Part shown: one piece after another, positions 48,330 to 58,750 of the stretch | How the letters are laid out: the number at the start of each line of letters is the position of its first letter | Numbering within the stretch: position 1 is the first letter of the stretch | From: Chiloscyllium plagiosum | Lineage: Eukaryota | Reading direction: 5' to 3' | DNA: 64,000 bases | NCBI RefSeq assembly: GCF_004010195.1 | Contig: NC_057758.1 | Span: 1,446,927 to 1,510,926 of the forward strand | Notes under the pieces: generated by a model | Seen by the model: the letters and a program-made list of their open reading frames with translations, nothing else | Databases searched by the model: none | What the model was told of the DNA's origin: nothing | Program-made: the position numbers and the translations under genes

Positions 48330-51300
48330 CAGGATCATGGAATAGTACAGCATAAGAACAGGCCCTTCAGCCCAGCATGTCTGTGCAGAGCAGAGCTAAT
48401 CCTGGCTGCCTGCATGTGGTCCAGTTCGCTGCGTTAACATGTCTGTCGAAATGGCTCTTAAACATTGTTATTGTATCTGCTTCACCCATTTCCCCTCATT
48501 GCAGGATCTGACATCCACCACGCTCTTTGTTTTTAAAAAGAAATACTTTGCTCTTCCATCTCTTTTAAACATTTCTGTTCTTACCTTATACCAAACTCTA
48601 GTGTTTGACATTTTCACCCTGCTCGTAAGACTCCAACTATCCACCCTATCCATGCCTCTCATAATTTTATACATTTCTTTTAGGCTGCCCCTCAGCCTCT
48701 GATGCTCTAGCGCAAACAATCCCAAATTTGTCCAATCTCTTCTTTGCAGTAAATATATTCCAATCCAGGCAACATCCTGGTAAACTCTTGCATCCTCTTC
48801 AAAGCCTCCACATCCTTCCCACAGTATGGTGACTAGAACGTGTCCCCATCCTCCATAGGTGTGTCAAACTAAACTCTGACGCTGCAGAAACGTGACCTAT
48901 CAACATTAAGGTCAGCGTTCCCGACTGATGAAAGCAAGCATGTCGTATGCTGTCTTTCCCCTTATCTACTTGTCACCAATTTTTCGGGGAGCTGTTGGCT
49001 TGCACCCCAAGGTCCCTCTGTGTATCCATTCTCTTTAGAGTGCTGCTATTTACTGTATATCTTCCCGTTGCATTTCACCTCCCAAAATGCATCAAATTAA
49101 ACCGCGTCTCTCATACCTCTGCCCAGTTTTCAAACTGATGTAGGTACTGCTATACTTTTTGATAACCTGTTAATGGACCAGGCCAGACCCCCCCTCAAAA
49201 CATTTTCAGAAAGTAGTCCAACTTTGCTAGCAGGTGTTTCGTGGATATTCTGGGAGTGATGCAGTGGGCTCAATCACTCAGATTTAAACGAAACAACAGA
49301 ATTTATTTACAAGATTACTGAATGAAACAAACGAAAGAGAAGAGAATACCACATGACCTCACCGATCTGAAAAAGCAACATATCATCCCAACTTAATGAT
49401 GCTGTTCCCAATACTTGCAACAAAAATCAAGCACAGGGTCTTGCAGGAGAGAACTCTGAGAAAGAGAGAGGAGGATCAGCATGGACCTGCTTCTTTGGAT
49501 CAGGCAGCTTTTGCAACACCTGCCTGACTGCTTTCAGTGAATAGCCAGATCGAACCAAACCAGAGAGAACCTGATAAAAGCAAATTACTGCGGATGCTGG
49601 AATCTGAAACCAAAAGAGAAAATGCTAGAAAATCTCAGCAGGTCTGGCAGCATCTGTAAGGAGAGAAAAGAAGTGACATTTTGAGTCTAACTGACCCTTG
49701 AGATGTATGGCATTGAAACAGACCTTTTGGTCCCACTCATCCATGCTGACCAGATATCCTAAAGTAATCTAGTACCATTTGCCAGCACTTGGCCTATATC
49801 ACTCTAAGCCCTTCATATTTATGTACCCATGCAGATGCCTTTTCAATGTTGGAACTGTACCAGCTTACACCACTTCCTTTGGCTGCTCATTCCATGCATT
49901 CTCCGAGGAGAAAGTGAGGTCTGCAGATGCTGGAGATCAAAGTTGAAACTTTATTGCTGGAACAGCACAGCAGGTCAGGCAGCATCCAGGGAACAGGAGA
50001 TTCGACGTTTCGGGCACAGGCCCTTCTTCAGGAATAAGAAGGGCTTATGCCCGAAACGTCGATTTCCTGCCCCTTTGATGCGGCCTGACCTGCTGCGCTT
50101 TTCCAGCAACACATTTTTCATTCTCCACCCTTTGCCTGACTCTCACATTGGACAGGAAGAGCACATCACTCTTTTAAAGGCCATCTTTTCATTTTAACAA
50201 TGTACAGATCCAGAAAATAGCTGCTGGAGATGGTCATCGCCTGACCTTTGTGTGGCACAAATGTTACTTTCCACTTAGGCCAAACCTGGATATTGTCCAG
50301 ATCTTGTTGCACTTGAAAATGGGCCTGCTTTAAAAGCTGAGGAGTTGTGAATGGTCTGAACACTGTGTAACAAGATCTGGACAATATCCAGGTTTGGACT
50401 AATGGCAAGTAATATTTGTGCCACCCAAAGGCCAGGCAATGACCATCTCCAGCAGCTGGAACAATTCTTGTGTGTTCTGCAAACTTATCAAACAACAGGG
50501 GACCCTTGTGGAACGCCATTGGTCACAGCCCTCCAGTCTTCGGGGACCTCACTAGTGACTAAATATCTCTGTCCAGGTCCCAGCCATTTCCTTCCTTGTC
50601 TCCCTCAGCATCCTGGGATAGATCCCATCAGGTCTGCATGCTTTTCGAGACTTCCACGTTTTTCATTGACATGCCCTTCCCTAACATTAGCATCGGCTGT
50701 GTCCTTCTCTTTCTTCTTGAATACCAATGCCAAGTAATCATTAAGGAGGTCATCCACTTCCTTTGGCTCCTTTGTCCTTGCGTGGACCTACTCTTCCACC
50801 CTCTCGCCCGACTACCCCCTCACTCCTAATATGTGCCGAAAACGCCTTTGCATTCTCCATAATCTGAATTGTTCAGGGCATTTTATGGCCTCTTCTATCC
50901 CTCTTCATTTTCAGTTCTTTTCTACTTCCTTTATACTCTTCGGGGCCCTTGTTTGATTTCAGTGTCTGAAATCTTGCATACGCTTCCTTTTTCTTTTTAA
51001 CTAGCCTTTCAATTTCTCTTGTCATCTAAAGTTCCCGATTCTTGCCATCCTTACTTTTCATCTTCACAGGACACACGCCTGTCCTGAACTCTGATCAACC
51101 TGTCTTTAAAAGATCCAGATGTCAATGAGTATAGAGTCTTACAGCATGGAGACAGGCCCTTCGGCCCAGACTGGTCTATGCTGACCAAAATGCCCATCCA
51201 AACTAACCCCGTTTCCCTGCACTTAGCCCATATCCATCTAATCCTTTCAGGTATTTGTCCAAATGCCTTTTAAATGATGTTCATGTACCCGCATCGAAGA

Positions 51301-54300
51301 GTGTGGTGCTGGAAAAGCACAGCCGGTCAGGCAGTATCCGATGAGCAGGAGAGTCTAGTTTCGGGCATAAGCACTTCTTCCCAATGTCTTTGCCTCCGCC
51401 GCATCTGCTCCCCAGAGGACCAGTTCAACCACAGAACATCCTAGATGTCCTCCTCCTTCGAAGACCGCAATTTCCCCTCCCATGTGGTCAACAATGCCCT
51501 TTCTCCTAGTTAATGTACCAGTGTCAACCATTTCTACTGGCAGCTCATTCCATATGTGTAGCACCTTCTGTGTTTAAAAAAAAAAAAGTTGCCCTTCCAG
51601 TTCCTTTTTATTCTTTCCCCTCTAACCTGAAAATAAAGCCTTCCAGTCCTCAACTCCCCAACCCTGGGACAAAGATGAAGTATATTCACCCTACCCCTGC
51701 CCCTCACAATCTTATCCACTTCTATAAGATTCCCCCTCCGTCTCCTACGTTCTTAAGAAAAACGTCCTAGCTTGTGCAACATCTCCTTGTAACTCAGATT
51801 GTTGAGTCCTGGCAACCTCCTTGTAAATTTCTTCTGCAGTCTTTCCAGTTTAATAACATTCTTCCTGTAGCAAGGTGACCAATACTGAACCCAATACTCC
51901 AAGTGCAATCTCACTGTCACCCTGTACAACTGCAACATAACTTCCCAATTTCTATACTCAATGCCCTGACTGAAGGCCAGTGTGCCAAAGCTACCTTAAC
52001 TGCCCTGTCTACCTGTGACTCCACTTTCAGAGAACAGTGTACCTGAACGCCAAGGTTGCACTACACTCCTTAAGGCCGTACCATTCACCATGAAACTCCG
52101 ACCTTGATGTGACATTCCAAAGTGCAAGATGTTATCTATGTTAAACTCCATTTGGCATTTCTTGGCCCACTTGCACAGCTGATCAAGGCCCTGCTGTAAT
52201 TTCTGGTAACTTTCCTGGCTGCCTACGATACCACCTACTTTAGTGTCATTAAACTCACTAATCATGCCATTCTCATCCAAATCATTGATATCGATAATAG
52301 ACAGATGTATCTGATGTGGATTTACCCTCCGTTTCCCTCCCCCTCTCTAATTTCTCCTGTTCGTCCCTCATAATGTTCTTGAGTTGAAGTACTAATGGCA
52401 ACATATTTTAACCTTATCCATAACTATCTTAAAACTTCGGTAATTATGATCGCTGTTCCCACAACACTGAAATGTCGATCACCTGGCCAGGCTCATTCCC
52501 CAGTACACTGTCTCGTACAGCCCATTCACTGGTTGTACTATCTATGTACTGTTTCAAGAAACCCTCCTGGATGCACAAAAGAAATTCTGCCCCATCTCAA
52601 CCGCTGGCAGTAAGGGCGTCCCCGTTAATATCTGGGAAATTCAAACTCCCCTCGAATACAACTCTTGTCTATGACCAGCCTATGTATCTGTTCCTCTATT
52701 TCGTGCTGCCTATTGGGAGGTCTATAGTATAACCCCATCATAATGTTTGCACCTTTCTAACTCGTAAGGTCTGTCCTCCCTTATTACAGCTGTGGCATTC
52801 TTCTCTATCGGAAATGCTGCTCCCCCATGGCTTTTACCGTCCACCTCCCTCTCTCTCTCTACCTCACCTGAATCACCGAAACTCTGGAATGATGACGCTG
52901 CCCGTCCTGTCCTACTCTCGGCCACGTTTCAGTAACGGGGTAAAAACAATGACTGCAGATGCTGGAAATCAGAGTCTTGGGGCTAGGTTAGAGTGGTGTT
53001 GGAAAAGCACAACAGTTCAGGCAGCATCCGAGGAGCAGTAAAATCGACGTTTCGGGCAAAAGCCCTTCATCAAGAATACAGGCAGAGTGCCTGAAGGGTG
53101 GAGAGATAAATCTCTGCTCCTCAGATGCTGCCTGAACTACTGTGCTTTTCCAGCACCACTCTAATCTAGCCCCAAGTTTCGGTAATGACTGTCTCATTCT
53201 ACTCCCCCATACTAGTCCAGGCTCGAAGCTCATCTGCTTTACCTGTTGTAGTCCTTGCATTAAAATGAACACCCTTCAGCCCTCCAGTCCTGCTGTGTTC
53301 ATCAACCTGGCCCTGCCTGTTCTTGCTGTCAGACCTTCCTGACACAAGATCGACCTTCTCCGACACCCCTGATGCTGTGTTGCACGCCCCTCTATCACAC
53401 TAGCATAAACCCTCCCAATTGGCATTGGCAAACCCTCTTACATGGATATTTGTGACCCTTCAGTTTATGGACCATTCGGTCCAACTTGTCCACTCCAGCC
53501 AAACATTCCAATCTGACCTAGTCCCATTTGCCAACACCAGTGGCAAATGGGACTAGGTTCCAATCCTCCTTCTTAACATCAATCTGTTTGACCATGTCAT
53601 CTTGTTTCACGGTGTCATCACAAACAACAAGGCCCTCTTACAATACTGAAGCAAAGTATTCATTAAGCACTTCCCCTACCACTTCTGACTCCAGGCACAT
53701 ATTTCCTCCACTTTTCCTGATCGGCCGTCCCCTCAATGTGACCATCATCTTGTTTCTCACGTAGCATAGAATGCTTTGGGGTTTTCTTTAATCCTACCTG
53801 TCAAGCCATTCTTCAGTTCTTTCCTGGCTACCTTATAACCCTCAAGCCCTATCTGATCCTTGCTTCCTGAACCTTAAGTAAGCTTCCTTCCTCCTTCCTC
53901 TTGACTAGATATTCCACATCCCTTGTCACCCAGGTTCTATCAACCTACCATTCCTTCCTTGCCTCAGTGGGACAAACCTATTCCACACTATCAGCAAGTG
54001 CTCCCTAAACAAACTCCACATTTCTGTTGTGCATTTCTCTGAGGACATCTGTTCCCAATTTAGGTGTCCCAGTTCCTGCCGAATAGCATTGTAATTTCCC
54101 CTCCCCCAGTCAAATACTTTCCTACGTCGTCTGCTCCTATCTTCTCAATAAGTATAGGAGTTGTGATCACTATCACCTAAATGCTGTCCCACCGAGAGAT
54201 CTGACACCTGGTTCATTGCCAAGCACCAAATCCAATATGGCCTCCCCTTTAGTCGGCCAGTCTACGTTTTGTGTCAGGAACCCTTCCTGGATGCATCCGA

Positions 54301-54440
54301 CAAAAAACTGCTGCATCCAGACTATTTGCACGAAGGAGGTTCCAGCCAATATTAGAGATGTTGAAGTCACCCATGACAACAACCCTGTTACTTCTGCACA
54401 TTTCCAAAATCTGCTTCCCAATCTGTTCCTTCATAATCTA
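48330..54440 (-). mobile_element. Intronic stack of CR1 fragments, a partial LTR (from 49168) and Penelope-derived palindromes (about 49905-50120, 52936-53175)
   Basis: CR1 RT and endonuclease motifs (VVVMGDFN, LEYWVQYWSP); TSDs CATTCTCC and GTTTCAGTAA/GTTTCGGTAA around the palindromes. Confidence 0.8.
50000..50035 (-). ncRNA. Minimal type I hammerhead ribozyme motif in a Penelope-derived element
   Basis: Minus strand: AUUC CUGAAGA A GGGC CUGU GCCC GAAAC GUC GAAU, giving stem I AUUC/GAAU, stem II GGGC/GCCC, palindromic ACGU stem III and a GUC cleavage triplet. Confidence 0.7.
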
Positions 54441-54504
54441 AGGTGGGGAGAGTCCTGTCTGTGGAAGACTCTGAATAAAGTCATTCGCAAGGATATTTTG
54501 ATTT

Positions 54505-55520
54505 CTATGTCAACCCCTTAATCAGCGTACAGCCTGTGACTCTCTCTCCAGTATTTGTTTTATATGTCAGCAACCACTTCATGAGTGTAACACTCTGCCC
54601 ATCATTTTGTAAACAGTCCTCTCAATCAGAGCGTTAGCTCTAACTCACTCCCCACTATATGTGTTGTATGTCAACCTCTCAATCAGAGTGCTGTCTGTCA
54701 CTCACTCCAGTCCATGTTATTATATATAATCCCCTTGATCAGTGCAGTCTGTAACTTGCTCGTATGCATTACTTTGTGCTGAACTCCCTCTATCACAGTA
54801 TAGACTGTAGCACATTTCCCACTGTATGTTGTTTTCTATGTAAATCCTGTGATTATAGTGCAGACTGTAACTCCTTCGTTCAATAAATATTGTTTAATAC
54901 ATCAAACCCTTGGTCGAAGTATTGCTCCCTCTGTGTTGTTTTAGGTATAAGCCTCAGTTCAAACAGTGCCACAATACCTCAGTCCCCAGAAAATGGTTTT
55001 ATCTGTTTAATCCCCTTGATCAGTGCTAAGTCTGTACTGCACTCCCCAGTATATGATCAACATAAATCAGTCCAGTCTGTAAAAGGCTCCCAATTATTGG
55101 TTGTTTCATAAAACACGTGATTAGAGTATACCTGTATCACACTGCCTAGTTTAAAGTTATTTTATACATAAACATCTTTGTCGGAGTGCAGTCTCTAACT
55201 CACTCCAATTTATATTGTTTCATATATAAACCCTTTGATCAGAGTGCAGTGTGTAACTCACTTCCCAGTCTCTGTTGTTTGACATATAAACCCTTCATTA
55301 GAGTGCAGTGTGTAACTCATTCCCAGTCAATATTGTTTTATATGTATTGCCCTTGGACAGAGTGCAGTGTGGTTTTATATATATTCCTCTTCAATCAGAG
55401 TGTAATTCACTCCCTAGTCTTTTTTTTAATGCATTAACCTTTTGATCAGAGTGCAGTGGGTAACTCGCTCTCCAGTCTGTTGTTTTCTATTTTAACCTCT
55501 CGATTGGAGAGCTGTCTGTA
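54505..55520 (+). repeat. About 57-60 bp degenerate tandem repeat
   Basis: Recurring TCAGAGTGCAGTCTGTAACTCACTCCCCAGT...TATAAACCCTT units. Confidence 0.85.
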
Positions 55521-55544
55521 AGTTTGTTCTCTGTTTTGACACAG

Positions 55545-55709
55545 ACTGAGTCATTGAAGAGACTGATGGAGGATTACAAAGAGCGGATGGCTCTACAGCG
55601 ATGCCGACTGACTTTCCACTTTGACGGTGCCGAGCTATCGGAGACCAGCACTCCCCAGGACAACGAGATGGAGAACGATGATGTGATCGATGTTTGGATA
55701 TGCTCCTGA
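55545..55709 (+). CDS. NFATC2IP: NFATC2IP/NIP45-like last coding exon (SUMO-like domain 2, no C-terminal diglycine)
   Basis: Acceptor TTCTCTGTTTTGACACAG|ACT, phase 0, matching the 48017 donor. Translates TESLKRLMEDYKERMALQRCRLTFHFDGAELSETSTPQDNEMENDDVIDVWICS*, with F-x-FDG and TP...ME..D.I.VW SUMO-fold motifs. Confidence 0.85.
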   Translation, partial: TESLKRLMEDYKERMALQRCRLTFHFDGAELSETSTPQDNEMENDDVIDVWICS

Positions 55710-56124
55710 ATGTCACGCTGGGAATGCTGACAGGGAAGAGCGATTGGTGTGGGGCTGAGGGCATGTATCATACATGTTGACTCCTGCCCGTATTGTGACA
55801 GTTCCTACAGTCAAATAGCAGCCATGTTCTGGCTCCCTGTGTTGTGTTCAGACTGAACTCTTCTGTTTGTAACTAATTGTACAGAGCTTTGATGAACCCA
55901 ATTATGTGCAGCATATTGTCCTTTCGTAAAAACAAATGTCTTGGTTTGCTCCTACCACAAAATACTCCTGTCCTTTTTTTAAACTGAAGCTCTCTCTTCT
56001 GTTAAATTGAAGGTAAGGCTCCATTATCACACAGGCCCATGCTGTATGCGCGTACATAGATCCCACATTGAATGTATCAATGCATTCACTCGCACATGCA
56101 TTCTCTCTCTCAACCTTTCTGTCA

Positions 56125-56770
56125 ATGCAGCTGGGAAGCGAATGAAATATTGTCTTTCATTGTCAGAGAGCTGGTGTTTAAAAATGGGGCGATTATATGT
56201 TGCAGTTGTCTGGGGTTGCTGCTGTGGTCAGAGCTGGAGTACTGTGTCCAGTATTAGTCGTCTTACTTGAGAAGGAACATCCTGGCACTGGAGGGGCTAC
56301 TGAGGAGGATCACTGGATCAATTCTGAAATTGAGGGGGTTGACTTCTGAGGAAAGGTTGAGAAGACTGGAACTTTACTCTTTGGAATTTTGAAGAATGAG
56401 TCGTTATCATAGAAACTTATAAACAAATTTTGAAGGAGTTAGATGAGGTCACAGGAGGGTGATTGTTTCCACTGGTGGGTGAAACTAGAACGAGGGGACA
56501 TAGCCTAGGACCGAGTTGAGGAAGAAGAACTTCACTCAGATGATTGAGAGTCTGTGGAATTTCCTGTCCAATGAAGCAGTTGAGACTACCTCTTTGCATG
56601 GTTTCAGGGCAAAAATAGATTTTCTTGAACATTAAAGGAATTAAGGGTTATGATGAGTGGGCAGGAAAGTGGATCTGAGTCCATGTAAAGATCAGCTGTG
56701 ATCTTATTGAATGATGGAGCTGGGTTGATTGTGCCAGATGGCCTACTCCTGCTCCTATGACTTATATTCT
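56125..56770 (+). mobile_element. CR1-clade LINE 3' end
   Basis: ELEYCVQY motif and CCTACTCCTGCTCCTATG tail. Confidence 0.8.
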
Positions 56771-57344
56771 TAGTCTTGCACACACGCTTACACATATTCA
56801 CTTACACACACTGATATGTGCACAAAAACCAGGCACTGATACAAACATGCATTTCAACATTAAAAACAGAAACTAACTAAAGAAGAAATACTCGCAGGAT
56901 GCAACAGTGTGGAATGCCATTCCCAGAAACAGTGATCTCTGTGTGCACGTGTAGCACACAAGAAACTGTCTTTTTGCGGGCTTTTCTTGTAGATGTCATC
57001 CAGGTTATCAAATCTGCTGTACCCATTGTTTGGGGAGATACAGCGTGGTTGAGTCCTGCTGTTGGGGTCAGAATCACGCTGCCTGTCCCAAAAGCGTGAT
57101 TTAATAAATTTGATTGATTTGCTTCTAAATTTGTTTTTATTAATTTTATATAACAAAGTGTACAGGCATTCACAACCCCATCAGTGCATTTCCCCATTAA
57201 AGCTGACAGCCACCCAATCTCAGACTTGCACTCACTTTTACACACACACAGTATCATACCTAGATGCACATTTTTCACCAATGATACAGGGCCCTGGTCT
57301 CATAGTTTCTCACATATGTGTGTACAATTACCAAGTGACACAAA

Positions 57345-57630
57345 TGGCACGGTGGTTCAGTGGTTAGCACTGCTGCCTCACAGCACCAGGGTCGATTCCA
57401 GCCTTGGGTGACTGTGGAGTTTGCGCATTCTCCCTGTGTCTGCGTGGGTTTCCTCCGGTTTCCTCCCACAGCCAAGGATGTGCAGGTTAGGTGAACTTGC
57501 CATGCTAAATTACCCATAGTGTTAGATGTATTAGTCAGAGGGAAATTGGACTGGATGGGTTACTCTTCCGAGGGTTTGTGTGGACTTGTTGGGCCGAAGG
57601 GCCTGTTTCCACACTTGGGAATCTAATCAT
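57345..57630 (+). mobile_element. HE1-type SINE
   Basis: GGCACGGTGGTTCAGTGGTTAGCACTGCTGCCTCACAGC head. Confidence 0.88.
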
Positions 57631-58369
57631 GTTGAGATTTTAAAACACTAAAGCTCCCTGATGTCTAATTAACACAGGACATTCACACATCTTGGTCAGT
57701 CTCAGGACTCACCTTCCCCTGACATTGAGAGGCTCCTATTTCAAACATGGTATTGGAAGCAGATACTGTGTTTGGGAGCAGGACATGGCACAGGGGATTC
57801 GGATGATTCTTCATGTGGATGTTAAGTATCAGGAATCTAGCAGAGAGTCAAAAGAGAACAGACAGTTGCACAAAGAGGTTTGAATTTGAGTTAGTCCTGC
57901 TCTTGTTGAGAATGTTGAACCAGTGACATCAGTCAACCAGTGGTATCACAGTTAAGAGTTCAGAGATGAGTGCAGAGACAGAGAGTGTGTGTGTATGTGC
58001 ATCCAGGGAGTGTTTGATGGACACAATGTGGAGAGACATTTACCTTGTGCTTAAAAGAGTAGTAGGAGCTCTACTTGTTTTCTTGTGCTGTGCTGGGCTT
58101 ACACAAGAGGTAAGCTGACCCTGTTGTGTATGACTTGAATCTGAATGACAGGAAATCTCTTTCACAACTCTGTTTACGGTCAAGATGTTCAGAAACATTC
58201 TCGGTGTTGCACCACCATTGAGAAATGAAGAAGTGCCTTATTCAGGCAAATTGCCCACGCTCTCTGTGTAGATTCAAACTGTGTGGGGAGTGAAGGGGCT
58301 ACTTGCTGTCCTCCTGTTCCAAAGCAGCACAGAACCGTGGTAAGGACATCGGACAAGTGTGCATATATC

Positions 58370-58750
58370 TCCCTGATAGACTGGGGTTTAGAGACATCAG
58401 TCAGTGTACTGATATCTCCCTGAGAGAGACGGGACAGTGTCCCCTCTGTCTGAGAGAGATGAAACACCAGTCAGTGGACGGATATCTCGGGGGGGGGCTA
58501 CTAAGAAACACCAGTCAGTTTACAAATAACTCCCTGAAAGAGATAGAGAGAGAGGACGGAGAGATAACAACCAGTATACAGATATCTCCCTGAGAGTTGA
58601 GAGACACCAATCAGTGTACAGATATCTTCATGAGAGAGAGAGGGGGGACTGAGAGGCACCACTCAGTATACAGATTACTCCTTGAGAAACAGGGGTGAGA
58701 GACACCATTCAGTGTACAGATATCTCCCCCAGAGAGAGGGGACTGAGATA
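58370..58750 (+). repeat. About 45-50 bp minisatellite
   Basis: Repeated GAGACACCAGTCAGTGTACAGATATCTCCCTGAGAGA units. Confidence 0.85.

Noticed and set aside
55545..55709. Canonical SUMO paralogue or prenylated UBL3/MUB-like protein
   Set aside because: No C-terminal diglycine and no CaaX box; the upstream exon and VW ending fit NFATC2IP SLD2.
56860..57281. Minus-strand ORFs of 98 and 134 aa
   Set aside because: No domain; more likely 3' UTR of the plus-strand gene, with AATAAA near 57103.
1227..57630. tRNA genes or CRISPR-like arrays
   Set aside because: tRNA-like heads all belong to HE1-type SINEs. Tandem arrays lack unique spacers and the DNA is vertebrate.
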